A stretch of DNA of 64,000 nucleotides, from NCBI GenBank assembly GCA_030154225.1, contig JASKKI010000001.1, positions 30,895-94,894 on the forward strand. Reading direction: 5' to 3'. This document shows, one piece after another, positions 16,885 through 26,988 of the stretch; positions within the stretch are counted from its first letter, which is position 1, and each line of letters starts with the position of its first letter. The stretch is from Clostridia bacterium. Its GTDB lineage: Bacteria > Bacillota > Peptococcia > Peptococcales > BICA1-8. The position numbers and the translations under genes are program-made. The notes beneath the pieces were generated by a model, which ran no database searches, had not been told where the DNA came from, and was given only the letters and a program-made list of their open reading frames with translations.

Positions 16885-18371
16885 TAGAACATCCCTCCTA
16901 TCTTAAGTGTAGACAAGTATTCTTGCACAAATGGGTCGACACCATTATTAATAAGTTCCATTAAAAATGACGGGAAGAAACCTAAGAAAATTAAAACACC
17001 GCATAAAATAACAATGGGCACTAACTCAATACCTTTAGCATCTTGCAACTCATCCCATCTAGGATTCCGAGGTCCAAAGAATACTTTTTGGACAACTCTT
17101 AATACATAAACAGCAGTTATCACAATACCGGAAATAGCTAAAATAGCTAGAACCTGGTAAACTCTAAAAGCCCCAACGAAAATTGAAAACTCAGCAACAA
17201 AATTAACCAGTCCAGGTAAACCTAAGGAAGCTAAACCAGCTATAACAAAACCGGTAGCTACTCTTGGCATTTGATGGGCTAATCCACCGAAATCTGCAAT
17301 CATCCTGGTATGAGCTTTATTATAAACATTACCAACCAGGGCAAAGAATAAGGCGGTCATGATACCATGGGCGAACATCTGAGCTACAGCACCATTTATA
17401 CTTAAAGTATTTAAAGCAGCTATTCCTAATAACACATAACCCATATGACTAACACTGGAATAACCGATAACGAATTTTAAGTCTTTTTGCGCCATAGCTA
17501 CCATAGCCCCGTAAACTACGTTAACAATACATAAAACAGCAATAAGCGGTGCCCAGAATTTAGCTCCTTCCGGGAACAAGAAAATACCAACCCTAACTAA
17601 ACCATAGCCGCCAAGTTTCATAAGAACTCCAGCGTGGAGCATGCTTACCGCAGTAGGTGCCGCTACGTGACCATCAGGCGACCAGGTGTGGAGTGGCCAC
17701 ATAGGTACTAAAAATCCAAAACCGATCATCAACAAGAAGAAAGCAAATTTCTGAAAACCAACATCATAGGTATATTGGGTTAAAGTCTGGATATCAAAGG
17801 TATTAAGTCCTGTATATAAGTATACCCCGATTACAGCAATTAAAGCAAATGCACTGCCTACTAATAAGTATAACGTTAATTTCATAGCAGCATATTCTTT
17901 ATTGGTACTACCCCAAACCCCTATCAGGATATACATGGGGATAACGGCAACTTCAAAGAACAAGTAGAAGAAAAATAAATCGGTTGTTAAGAATACTCCA
18001 AATACTCCCGCAACTAGCGCTAATAGGAATACAAAGAACTCTTTAGCCCTTTTTTCCATATCCCAGGAAGCAAAAACTCCCGTAAAGATTACAATAGCCG
18101 TTAATAAAACCAATGGTAGGCTGATACCATCCACCCCTAAGGCATAGACAACACCTAGTTCATCAATCCAGGGAATTTGTTCTACAAATTGAATCCCCCC
18201 TACAGATTGATCATAATTCACAAAGGCATACAGGGATAAGAGAACTGTAATACCAGTAGCTATTGCTGCCACTATTTTGATGATTTTATCTTCCTTTTCC
18301 GGAATGAAAAGGATTATTAAGACCCCAAGTACCGGTGCCAATAATATGCTTGAAAGTATTGGAAAACTCAT
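16884..18371 (-). CDS. nuoM: NADH-quinone oxidoreductase subunit M
   Basis: 495-aa Mrp-antiporter-like membrane ORF (..WPLHTWSPDGHVAAPTAVSMLHAGVLMKLGGYG..). GGAGGTG RBS. Overlaps the nuoL stop. Confidence 0.92.
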   Translation of the reverse strand: MSFPILSSILLAPVLGVLIILFIPEKEDKIIKIVAAIATGITVLLSLYAFVNYDQSVGGIQFVEQIPWIDELGVVYALGVDGISLPLVLLTAIVIFTGVFASWDMEKRAKEFFVFLLALVAGVFGVFLTTDLFFFYLFFEVAVIPMYILIGVWGSTNKEYAAMKLTLYLLVGSAFALIAVIGVYLYTGLNTFDIQTLTQYTYDVGFQKFAFFLLMIGFGFLVPMWPLHTWSPDGHVAAPTAVSMLHAGVLMKLGGYGLVRVGIFLFPEGAKFWAPLIAVLCIVNVVYGAMVAMAQKDLKFVIGYSSVSHMGYVLLGIAALNTLSINGAVAQMFAHGIMTALFFALVGNVYNKAHTRMIADFGGLAHQMPRVATGFVIAGLASLGLPGLVNFVAEFSIFVGAFRVYQVLAILAISGIVITAVYVLRVVQKVFFGPRNPRWDELQDAKGIELVPIVILCGVLIFLGFFPSFLMELINNGVDPFVQEYLSTLKIGGMF

Positions 18372-20254
18372 TGTACACCTCCTACCACAGGTCCTGCCAG
18401 AAATAAGACAATTACCACAACTGCAGCGAAAATAACTAAACCATATGTTTGCAAGCTACCTGTATGAACATAACGCCCTTTAGCACCAATTGTCCGGGTC
18501 ATCCAGGCAATACTATGGGCTATTCCGTCCACAATATAACGGTCACACCAGTTGAGTAATGCGGAAAGACCCAGAACGATTTTATCAAAAAACCATTGAT
18601 AGAGCTCATCAATATACCATTTGTTATATAAAAACTTGTAAATAGGTGCAAACTGGTTGGCTATCTTTTCAGCTGAAATTGCTTTTTTAATGTAAACCAG
18701 CCAGGCTAGAAAGATACCTGCTAGAGCAATAAGAGTGGATGAACCCATAAGCATGATGTCAGGTTTGGGATGATGGGGTTCTCCAAAATAAACATAACTG
18801 GCAAAGCCGTGTTCCACAAAAGGAGCACCAATAAATCCACCAAAAATGGAAAATACGGCTAAAATCATTAACGGTACGGTCATAGTCCATGGAGATTCAT
18901 GGGCATGATAATCACTTCGTTTTTCTCCAAAGAAGGCAAGGAAAATTAATCTAAACATGTAAAAGGCTGTTAAAAACGCTGTTACAGCAGCCAATACATA
19001 AAGAAGAGTATAGCCATTTTCTTTGGCAACCAATAAGATTTCATCTTTACTCCAGAACCCGGCAAAAGGTGGAATACCAGCGATAGCTAAACCTCCAATG
19101 ACCATACAGGTACCGGTAATTTTCATTTCCTTAAAAACTCCACCCATCTCAAAAATATCCTGTTTATGCAGAGCATGGATCACACTACCTGCACATAAAA
19201 ACATTAAAGCTTTGAAAAAGGCATGGGTTGTTAAATGAAACATACCAGCAGTCAAACTACCAACACCTATGGCCATTACCATATAACCTAATTGGCTTAG
19301 AGTAGAAAAGGCCAGGATTCTCTTGAAATCCCTCTGGGTAATAGCAATTGTTGCTGCAAAAAGTGCAGTCCAACCACCCAGATAAGCAACAACGGTCATG
19401 GCAGTAGTAGAACTGGCAAAAAGAATGAATCCACGGGCTAATAGATAAACACCGGCAGCAACCATTGTTGCAGCATGGATCAAAGCACTGACCGGTGTAG
19501 GACCTTCCATGGCATCAGGTAACCAGACATGTAAGGGAAACTGACCAGATTTACCAATCGGCCCTATAAAAACAAGGATACCAGCTAAAGTTAAAAATGC
19601 TAAATCAGAAGAGGAACTTATACCTTTAGCTAACTCTGCAAAATTAAAGGTACCGAAGTACAGGTACAAGATAATGATCCCAATCATAAAGCCAAAATCG
19701 GCAACCCTGTTAGTAATAAAAGCCTTTTTATTAGCTTGAGCTGCAGAATCTTTATAAAAGTAAAAACCTATTAACAAGTAAGAACTTAGACCTACTAATT
19801 CCCAAAAAACAAACATCTGGAAATAGTTATTAGCAATAACTAACCCTAACATAGAGAAAACGAAAAGGGCCAGATAGGAGAAAAATCTTGAAAAACCTGG
19901 ATCACCATGCATATAACCAACAGAATAAACCATTACCAGGAGAGAAATAAAAGTTACTACAAATAACATACCGGCGGTTAGCGGGTCAATTAATGCCCCC
20001 ATTTCGATAAATAAGCCATTCATATTAAGCCATGGGACAGCTTTTTCCAGAGGACTGTTCATAGTAATACTATGGTCGGTTAAAATAGTTTTAACAATAT
20101 CTAAAGATAACCAAAAGGAAATAACCATACTGAAAATAGCTGTCAATGCACTAAGCATTTTAAATCTTTTAAATAAAAAGGTAATTAAAATAAAGGCAAC
20201 TAAAGGAGCCAGGGGCACTAGCCAGATATAATTAAGTCCTATACTCTCTATCAT
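18368..20254 (-). CDS. nuoL: NADH-quinone oxidoreductase subunit L
   Basis: About 628-aa membrane ORF (..FPLHVWLPDAMEGPTPVSALIHAATMVAAGVYL..) with a C-terminal extension typical of NuoL. ATG 20254 (AAGGGGTGA RBS) preferred to 20263. Confidence 0.92.
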   Translation of the reverse strand: MIESIGLNYIWLVPLAPLVAFILITFLFKRFKMLSALTAIFSMVISFWLSLDIVKTILTDHSITMNSPLEKAVPWLNMNGLFIEMGALIDPLTAGMLFVVTFISLLVMVYSVGYMHGDPGFSRFFSYLALFVFSMLGLVIANNYFQMFVFWELVGLSSYLLIGFYFYKDSAAQANKKAFITNRVADFGFMIGIIILYLYFGTFNFAELAKGISSSSDLAFLTLAGILVFIGPIGKSGQFPLHVWLPDAMEGPTPVSALIHAATMVAAGVYLLARGFILFASSTTAMTVVAYLGGWTALFAATIAITQRDFKRILAFSTLSQLGYMVMAIGVGSLTAGMFHLTTHAFFKALMFLCAGSVIHALHKQDIFEMGGVFKEMKITGTCMVIGGLAIAGIPPFAGFWSKDEILLVAKENGYTLLYVLAAVTAFLTAFYMFRLIFLAFFGEKRSDYHAHESPWTMTVPLMILAVFSIFGGFIGAPFVEHGFASYVYFGEPHHPKPDIMLMGSSTLIALAGIFLAWLVYIKKAISAEKIANQFAPIYKFLYNKWYIDELYQWFFDKIVLGLSALLNWCDRYIVDGIAHSIAWMTRTIGAKGRYVHTGSLQTYGLVIFAAVVVIVLFLAGPVVGGVQ

Positions 20255-20266
20255 ATAAATCACCCC

Positions 20267-20575
20267 TTACCATTTGAGCCAATCTAAATTTTCTACAACA
20301 ACTGAAGAACGGTCACGGTAAATGGCAATAACAATAGCCAAACCAACAGCAACTTCACAAGCGGCAACAACAATTACGAATATAGCGAATATTTGACCGG
20401 TTAAAACTTCAGGTGTTAAAAATTTAGTAAAAGCTACAAGATTTATATTTACAGCATTAAGCATTAATTCTATACAGATAAGTATAGCCACGGCATTCCT
20501 TTTTGATAAGGCCCCATATAAGCCAATGCAAAAAAGAATAGCACTTAATAACAAATAATGGTTTAAAGTAATCAT
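20267..20575 (-). CDS. nuoK: NADH-quinone oxidoreductase subunit K
   Basis: 102-aa ORF with three TM helices (..[12 protein letters not shown]..). ATGA overlap with nuoJ. Confidence 0.9.
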   Translation of the reverse strand: MITLNHYLLLSAILFCIGLYGALSKRNAVAILICIELMLNAVNINLVAFTKFLTPEVLTGQIFAIFVIVVAACEVAVGLAIVIAIYRDRSSVVVENLDWLKW

Positions 20576-21081
20576 TTAGGGTTTTTCACCTCTCTTGCAA
20601 TAACAATTGCACCTACCATTGCCACGGTAAGTAGGATGGCTGCCAACTCAAAGGGTATAACATAATCAGCAAGAAGGATTTCTGCTAAATCCCCAATAGT
20701 ATTTTCACTTAAAGCAGCGGTTTCTATGGACCATGGCGTACGGATAATAAAATATGAAATCACACCAAATAAGGTAGTAACTACTATAGCAGCAGTATAT
20801 TTGTATTTTCCAAATAGATTGGTTTCTGCCATCTTACCATCACCACGGGTAATCAACATAATACCAAAGACAATCAAGATTGATATGGCTCCAGCATAAA
20901 CTAAAACCTGAACCGCAGCCAAAAAATCGGCATGGAGGGTTAGATAAATACCTGCTATCCCTAAAAATGTTACAATTAAAGCTAACGCACTATGCACAAT
21001 ATTTGTAAAAAAAACAACTGATAAAGCAGAACCTAAAGTAATAAAGGACAATAACCAAAAAGCAATAACCTGATAATCCAT
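20572..21081 (-). CDS. nuoJ: NADH-quinone oxidoreductase subunit J
   Basis: 169-aa membrane ORF positioned between nuoI and nuoK. Confidence 0.88.
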   Translation of the reverse strand: MDYQVIAFWLLSFITLGSALSVVFFTNIVHSALALIVTFLGIAGIYLTLHADFLAAVQVLVYAGAISILIVFGIMLITRGDGKMAETNLFGKYKYTAAIVVTTLFGVISYFIIRTPWSIETAALSENTIGDLAEILLADYVIPFELAAILLTVAMVGAIVIAREVKNPK

Positions 21082-21534
21082 TTATTCACCCTCCTTCCCC
21101 TCTGTTTCTTTCTTTTTATCTAGTTGAGCATAAGAAGAAGCAGGTGCAGAAAGGTTTTGATTATTAAATAAATCTAATTTTACTTTTTCTTTGAAATAAG
21201 TTGCAGTTTCAAATTCTTTGGTAAACCTTAAGCAATTTTTAGGGCAAGCCTCTACACACAAACCACAAAATAAGCAATAGGATTGATTAAGCTCATAACT
21301 TGCCAGTTGTCTTTTATTTTCTTCATTTTTTTTGGTAGTAAGTTTTATTGCCGAGTTAGGGCATGCCCTTTCACACAGACCACAGGCAATACACTCATTA
21401 ACATCCAGCTGGAATCCACCCCTCCAGCGGGCAGCTAATTGGGGTTTTTCTTCCGGATATTTTTCTGTGACCTTTTTTTTGAAAATTATTTTTCCTGTCA
21501 CACTTAGTCCCTTCAATAACCCTTTCCCGTACAT
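21082..21534 (-). CDS. nuoI: NADH-quinone oxidoreductase subunit I (2 x [4Fe-4S])
   Basis: Two ferredoxin motifs, CIACGLCERACP and CLFCGLCVEACP. ATG 21534 abuts the nuoH stop and is preferred to the track start at 21573. Confidence 0.92.
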   Translation of the reverse strand: MYGKGLLKGLSVTGKIIFKKKVTEKYPEEKPQLAARWRGGFQLDVNECIACGLCERACPNSAIKLTTKKNEENKRQLASYELNQSYCLFCGLCVEACPKNCLRFTKEFETATYFKEKVKLDLFNNQNLSAPASSYAQLDKKKETEGKEGE

Positions 21535-21535
21535 T

Positions 21536-22588
21536 TTACCACCACCCCAATCCATTTTTATAGATATAGACACCTATTCCCGTTAAAAAGATATTAGCTA
21601 AAGACAGGGGTACTAAAAATTTCCAACCAAAATGCATTAACTGATCCACTCTAATTCTGGGGAAAGTCCAGCGAATCCAGATGAAAAACGAGAATAGTAA
21701 ATGAGTTTTTATTAAAAACCAAACCCAACCTGGTAAGAATGGTCCCTGCCATCCCCCTAAAAACATAGTTACACCCATAGCGGAAACAATAAACAGGTTG
21801 CAGTACTCAGCCAGGAAGAACAATGCCCACTTCATACCTGAATATTCAGTGTAAATACCTGCTGTTAATTCCGATTCCCCTTCAGGTAAATCAAAGGGAG
21901 CCCTATTTGTCTCAGCAGTAGCTGCAATAATGTAGATTAAAAAGGCAATAGGTTGTAGCAATACAAACCAAACTTGAGATTGGGCTTCTACTATACCCTG
22001 TAATTGTAAAGTACCGGTTATAAGAACTACCCCCAGTAAAGAAAAGACTAGAGGAATTTCATAACTAACCATTTGGGCTACTGCCCGCATAGCACCTAGT
22101 AATGAGTACTTGTTATTGGAACCCCATCCACCCATAAAGATTGGAATTGTAGATAAAGAAGTCACAGCAATTAGATAGAAAACACCTAAATTTAAGTCAA
22201 CTGCTGCCATTCCTTTACCAAAGGGAATAACTGCTAAAGCTAATACTGTTGGAACAAAAATGAATACAGGTGCCATTAAGTGTACAATTTTATCAGCCTC
22301 GCTGGGAACCACATCTTCTTTTGTTAGTAGTTTAATAGCATCAGCTATTGTCTGGAACCAACCATTAGGACCTAACCTGTTAGGACCGGGACGATACTGG
22401 ATATATCCGGCCAGCTTTCTTTCCCACAAAACATAGAATAAAGCCGCTAGAGTACAAACACCCAGTATAGCTACCAGATAAACTACGGCCATACTAACCT
22501 CAACCCAAACAGGTGTAAAGCCCAAGGTGGCCAGAGTTTCTCTTATCCATTGAGCAATGTAAACAAAGATGTTATTTAAAAACTCCAT
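21536..22588 (-). CDS. nuoH: NADH-quinone oxidoreductase subunit H
   Basis: 350-aa membrane ORF (..YIQYRPGPNRLGPNGWFQTIADAIKL.., ..TNRAPFDLPEGESEL..). Confidence 0.93.
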   Translation of the reverse strand: MEFLNNIFVYIAQWIRETLATLGFTPVWVEVSMAVVYLVAILGVCTLAALFYVLWERKLAGYIQYRPGPNRLGPNGWFQTIADAIKLLTKEDVVPSEADKIVHLMAPVFIFVPTVLALAVIPFGKGMAAVDLNLGVFYLIAVTSLSTIPIFMGGWGSNNKYSLLGAMRAVAQMVSYEIPLVFSLLGVVLITGTLQLQGIVEAQSQVWFVLLQPIAFLIYIIAATAETNRAPFDLPEGESELTAGIYTEYSGMKWALFFLAEYCNLFIVSAMGVTMFLGGWQGPFLPGWVWFLIKTHLLFSFFIWIRWTFPRIRVDQLMHFGWKFLVPLSLANIFLTGIGVYIYKNGLGWW

Positions 22589-22609
22589 GGTTATATCTCC
22601 TTTCCTACC

Positions 22610-23704
22610 CTAGGCATCAACTTCACCTAATACAAAATCAAAACTGGCTAAAATAGCAACTACATCAGCTACTTTATGACCGATAAATAATTCATCAAAA
22701 ATAGATATATTATTAAAAGATGGTCTTCTAAAATGGACTCGATAGGGTTTAGGACTACCGTCACTTACTACATAACAACCCAATACCCCTTTAGGATTTT
22801 CCGTTTGATGATAAACATCACCTTGAGGAGGTTTTATCAATTTAGGTACTTTAGCCATTACTGGGCCTTCTGGTAAATCTTTATAAGCCTGTTTTATAAT
22901 TTTAAAGCTTTCTTCTACTTCTCTCATTCTTACAACATATCTATCATAACAATCACCTGTTTCTCCAACAGGAATTTCAAAATCAAATCTATCATATATA
23001 CTGTAAGGATTAATTACTCTCGTATCATGTTTAACACCAGAAGCTCTCAAATTAGGTCCTGTTAAACCATAATCCATAGCTTTTTCTGCACAAACAACAC
23101 CAATATTTTTTGTTCTGGCTTTAAAAATTTCATTATCATCAACTAGTTTATGGTAATCTTCAATAAACCGGGGAAAATCTGCAATAAACTTGTCTAAAGC
23201 CGGTATAAAATCGGGATGTAAATCTTGGGCAACACCACCGATACGCATATAGTTGAAAGTCATTCTGGCACCGGTAATATGACACATAAGATCTAGGATT
23301 TTTTCCCTTTCGATAAAAGGGTAGAAAACAGCAGATACCGCACCTAAATCCATAATATAGATACCAATACCTACCATATGACTGGCAATACGCATCAGTT
23401 CAGCTAAGATTACTCTAATATATTCAGCCCGTTCCGGAACTTCAATTTTCATCAATTTTTCTACAGTTTGCACATAAGCTAAATTATTACTGATACCTGC
23501 TAAATAATCTAACCTATCGGTATAAGGAATTACCTGGGGATATGTTCTATCCTCCATTAGTTTCTCAATTCCACGGTGTAGATATCCTACATGGGTTTTA
23601 CTTCCTACACAGGTTTCGCCATCTAATTCCAGGACTACACGCAGCACCCCATGGGTACTAGGATGCTGAGGTCCAAAATTTACTGTGTATGTTTGTGTTT
23701 TCAC
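22610..23704 (-). CDS. nuoD: NADH-quinone oxidoreductase subunit D (49-kDa/NiFe large-subunit-like)
   Basis: 364-aa ORF ..VNFGPQHPSTHGVLRVVLELDGE.. GTG start with GAGGTG RBS. Confidence 0.93.
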   Translation of the reverse strand: MKTQTYTVNFGPQHPSTHGVLRVVLELDGETCVGSKTHVGYLHRGIEKLMEDRTYPQVIPYTDRLDYLAGISNNLAYVQTVEKLMKIEVPERAEYIRVILAELMRIASHMVGIGIYIMDLGAVSAVFYPFIEREKILDLMCHITGARMTFNYMRIGGVAQDLHPDFIPALDKFIADFPRFIEDYHKLVDDNEIFKARTKNIGVVCAEKAMDYGLTGPNLRASGVKHDTRVINPYSIYDRFDFEIPVGETGDCYDRYVVRMREVEESFKIIKQAYKDLPEGPVMAKVPKLIKPPQGDVYHQTENPKGVLGCYVVSDGSPKPYRVHFRRPSFNNISIFDELFIGHKVADVVAILASFDFVLGEVDA

Positions 23705-23728
23705 TATTGTAACACCTCAACTCCCCTT

Positions 23729-24172
23729 TTACTTTCGACCACTTTTAGATACAAAATCTTTTCTTAATGGATGACCTTCAAAGCCTTCCCAGGTCAAAAT
23801 TCTTTCCAGATTAGGATGATCTAAAAAAGTAATCCCCATCAGATCATATACTTCCCTTTCTAACCAGTTAGCTGTTGACCATAAACCTGTTATTGATTTA
23901 ACCTGGGGATTTTCATGGTCTATTTTAACTTTTACCGTTAAATGGTCGGAGTTATCGAAACTAAATAACTGGTAAACCACTTCAAAATATTCTTTATAAT
24001 CAACACTGGAAATATCAGCCAAAAAAGAAAAACCTTTTTCTTTTAAAAATTTCAGAACATCAACTATAATGTTAGCATTAACATAAATCTCTAAAGGTTT
24101 TTCTTCATTAAAATTAATTTTATCTCCAAACATATTAGCTAACATTTCTTGATAATTTTTATTATTTTCCAT
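23729..24172 (-). CDS. nuoC: NADH-quinone oxidoreductase subunit C (30-kDa)
   Basis: 147-aa ORF ..[29 protein letters not shown].. Overlaps the nuoB stop. Confidence 0.9.
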   Translation of the reverse strand: MENNKNYQEMLANMFGDKINFNEEKPLEIYVNANIIVDVLKFLKEKGFSFLADISSVDYKEYFEVVYQLFSFDNSDHLTVKVKIDHENPQVKSITGLWSTANWLEREVYDLMGITFLDHPNLERILTWEGFEGHPLRKDFVSKSGRK

Positions 24173-24683
24173 ATTTCTTTAACCTCACCTTAGTCGGGGA
24201 ATTAACCTTCTCTTTTAGCTGAAGCATACCATGTATTAATGCCTCAGGACGGGGAGGACACCCGGGAATATAAACATCCACTGGTACTATATCATCAGCA
24301 CCGGGTACCACAGCATAAGAGTCAACAAAAGGTCCTCCGCTAATGGCACAATTACCCATAGCTATTACCCAGCGGGGTTCAGCCATTTGATGGTATAACC
24401 TCTCCACTGAAGGTCTCATCTTTTCCGAAATAGTACCGGCAACTATCATTACATCTGCCTGCCGGGGAGAGTTTCTAAAAACCTCGTAACCAAATCTTGA
24501 GATATCAAATCTGGCTTGAGTTGAACAAATCATTTCAATAGCACAGCACGCTAAACCGAACTGGAATGGCCACAAAGACCAACTTCTAGCCCAGTTAAAA
24601 ATTTTGTCCAAAGATGTTAGTAGTATACCTTTTTCTTCCAGTTCTTCTTGAGTCATATAATCTTTTTCATTATCTACCGCCAT
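24162..24683 (-). CDS. nuoB: NADH-quinone oxidoreductase subunit B (N2 cluster)
   Basis: [19 protein letters not shown] and [11 protein letters not shown] cluster-binding motifs. ATG 24683 (GGAAGGAAGG upstream, 10-nt overlap with nuoA) preferred to 24713. Confidence 0.93.
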   Translation of the reverse strand: MAVDNEKDYMTQEELEEKGILLTSLDKIFNWARSWSLWPFQFGLACCAIEMICSTQARFDISRFGYEVFRNSPRQADVMIVAGTISEKMRPSVERLYHQMAEPRWVIAMGNCAISGGPFVDSYAVVPGADDIVPVDVYIPGCPPRPEALIHGMLQLKEKVNSPTKVRLKKYGK

Positions 24684-25030
24684 TCTAAAGCACCTTCCTT
24701 CCAGGCATACCAAAAACCTATTATTAGAATAATTAAGAAAATAAACATCTCAATGATAGCAAAAAGTCCTAAGCTTTGAAATTTAACTGCCCAAGGATAT
24801 AAGAAAATGGTTTCAATATCAAAAACTAAGAATACTAGTGCATATAAAAAATAACTTGTTTTAAATTGAACCCAAGCTGTACCTTGTGTCTTAATACCAC
24901 ATTCATAAGTTTCTAATTTTTCGGGATAAGGTCTATGTGGCTGCAATAGCCGGGATAAAATAATAGTAAAAGCCCCGAAAGCTAATGCTCCCAAAAAAAG
25001 TATGCCTATGATTGTATATTGAACCAGCAT
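24674..25030 (-). CDS. nuoA: NADH-quinone oxidoreductase subunit A
   Basis: 118-aa ORF with three TM helices (..[20 protein letters not shown]..). AAAGGGGGG RBS. Lies 56 bp after the rnhB stop with no terminator between them. Confidence 0.9.
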   Translation of the reverse strand: MLVQYTIIGILFLGALAFGAFTIILSRLLQPHRPYPEKLETYECGIKTQGTAWVQFKTSYFLYALVFLVFDIETIFLYPWAVKFQSLGLFAIIEMFIFLIILIIGFWYAWKEGALEWR

Positions 25031-25086
25031 TTCTACCCCCCTTTCTTTGAATTAGGTTGTTATTTTTTTCTCATTTAAAACCATAT

Positions 25087-25875
25087 TTAGACTACTTTTT
25101 CTTCTAATTTAACTGGTTTAAAAGATTTACGATGAATAGGGCAAGGACCATTTTCATTTAAGCATTGGATATGTTGCTTTGTTCCATAACCTTTGTTTGA
25201 AGAAAAGTAATACCCTGGATATAGTTTATCATATATATCCATAAGATTATCACGGTAAACCTTAGCAATAATTGAAGCGGCAGCTATTGAGGCACTAAGG
25301 CTATCTCCCTTTATAATACCCGATTGGGGTATTTTTATCAAAGGATTTTTTTTACCATCAATCAATGCATACTGGGGTAAAGACCCTAAAGAATAAAGTG
25401 CCAGATACATTGCATACCTTGTAGCCTCATGGATATTCATATCATCTATAGTCTGAGCATCGACCACTCCTACAGCCCAGGCTATAGCTATTTTTTTAAT
25501 TTCTTCAGCTATCTGTTTGCGTTTTTTTTCATTAATTTTTTTAGAATCATTTAATCCGTCAATGATACAATATGGTGGCAAAATAACAGCACCAGCTACA
25601 ACAGGACCTGCTAGCGGGCCTCTTCCTGCTTCATCAATACCAACTACATACTGGTAATTCTGTCGATAAAGGCCTTCTTCCAAATACCAAAGTTTTAGCA
25701 GTCTCTGTTTTTCTGTTGACTTTTTTGCCAACAGTGACTGGTATTTTTTTACTAACTTTTGTATGGATTTTCTTTTATCCTTATATAAATATTTTAAATA
25801 ATTCAGCTTTTCATCATCATGGAGAGACTCCAAATATTCCTTAACTTCCTTAACAGAACTATTACTGGATATCAT
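25087..25875 (-). CDS. rnhB: ribonuclease HII
   Basis: 262-aa ORF with catalytic GIDEAGRGPLAGPVV and the ~70-aa N-terminal extension usual in Firmicutes. Confidence 0.92.
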   Translation of the reverse strand: MISSNSSVKEVKEYLESLHDDEKLNYLKYLYKDKRKSIQKLVKKYQSLLAKKSTEKQRLLKLWYLEEGLYRQNYQYVVGIDEAGRGPLAGPVVAGAVILPPYCIIDGLNDSKKINEKKRKQIAEEIKKIAIAWAVGVVDAQTIDDMNIHEATRYAMYLALYSLGSLPQYALIDGKKNPLIKIPQSGIIKGDSLSASIAAASIIAKVYRDNLMDIYDKLYPGYYFSSNKGYGTKQHIQCLNENGPCPIHRKSFKPVKLEEKVV

Positions 25876-25920
25876 ACTATTCCCCTATATATATATTAAA
25901 TATCTTATAACATAACTGTT

Positions 25921-25955
25921 ATTCTATTTTTTACCCTTAAATTCCTCCTAGTAAT
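25921..25955. repeat. copy A of a ~35-nt degenerate direct repeat in the rbgA-rnhB spacer
   Basis: ATTCTATTTTTTACCCTTAAATTCCTCCTAGTAAT matches copy B at 26/35 positions. The identical 11-mer and 9-mer (CCTAGTAAT) sit at the same spacing. Confidence 0.4.
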
Positions 25956-26038
25956 TTAGTGCTAGATTATTAATATATGAAATATATTAATCTATTTAAT
26001 CTATGAAACAACAATTTAAATTCAGTAACCATAATTTA

Positions 26039-26073
26039 ATTCTATTTTTCAAGGCAAAATCCTGCCTAGTAAT
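26039..26073. repeat. copy B of the ~35-nt direct repeat
   Basis: ATTCTATTTTTCAAGGCAAAATCCTGCCTAGTAAT. It contains the small hairpin AGGCA-AAATCC-TGCCT. Confidence 0.4.
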
Positions 26074-26130
26074 AATTTACTATTATTTAATATATTTATA
26101 AATTATATATAACTTTATCATGAAAAAATT

Positions 26131-26988
26131 TCATGGTTTCTCCAGGCTTATTCTTCCTATTTTACCGTTTCTGAACTCGGTAACAATTATTCGGGAAATT
26201 TTAGTATAATCTATTTCTTTGCCGGGAAGTAAACATCCACGATTTTCAGCTATTTTATCCAAAATTCCTAAAGGTGGGTTTTTTAAATCATCAAAGGTAA
26301 GTTTAAATCTTTCCATTAAAAGTAGAGGATATTCCCCAATGAGAAATTCTATAAGTTTTAATGCAGCATCTCCTAAATCAAAAACATCATCACTAATAGC
26401 ACCTGTTATTGCTAATCTAAAACCCACGTTGGGATCTTCAAATTTAGGCCAAAGAATTCCAGGGGTATCTAACAATTCTATATTGTTACCCAACCTGATC
26501 CATTGCTTCCCTCTGGTCACTCCTGGTTTATTGCCAGTTTTTGCAGCCTTTTTACCAACAATGTTATTAATAAAAGTACTTTTACCGACATTGGGTATAC
26601 CCACCACCATACTACGAATTACCTGGTTTTTTATTCCTTTTTGTGCCCTTTGTTCTCTTTTTTCCCGGGTTAAATTAAGAAGGGCTTCTTTTAGAGCATT
26701 TAAAATATTTCCTTTTTGTAAGGTTGAATTAAACTTTAAAGCTTTATACTGTACTTTTTGATTAAAATATTCAATCCAGGTATCTGTCACTTTTTCATCA
26801 GCTAAGTCTTCTTTATTTAAAATGATAACACGTGGTTTATGTACAACTATTTGATTAATTAGAGGATTTCTACTGCTTTCGGGTATTCTTGCATCAACCA
26901 GTTCAATAACTACATCAACCAATTTAAGCTGTTCTTGTATTAATCTCTTAGTTTTTGCCATATGTCCAGGGAACCATTGAACATACAC
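26131..26988 (-). CDS. rbgA: ribosome biogenesis GTPase A (YlqF)
   Basis: (M)YVQWFPGHMAKT.., circularly permuted GTPase with NKEDL..GIPNVGKST..DTPG. GTG start overlaps the lepB stop. Confidence 0.93.
   Translation of the reverse strand: MYVQWFPGHMAKTKRLIQEQLKLVDVVIELVDARIPESSRNPLINQIVVHKPRVIILNKEDLADEKVTDTWIEYFNQKVQYKALKFNSTLQKGNILNALKEALLNLTREKREQRAQKGIKNQVIRSMVVGIPNVGKSTFINNIVGKKAAKTGNKPGVTRGKQWIRLGNNIELLDTPGILWPKFEDPNVGFRLAITGAISDDVFDLGDAALKLIEFLIGEYPLLLMERFKLTFDDLKNPPLGILDKIAENRGCLLPGKEIDYTKISRIIVTEFRNGKIGRISLEKP

Noticed and set aside
26219-26761. 180-aa plus-strand ORF antisense to rbgA
   Set aside because: It lies fully inside a well-supported gene on the other strand. Its composition is Ser/Leu/Pro/Phe-rich, typical of antisense translation of AT-rich coding DNA. 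It has no RBS and no recognisable motif.
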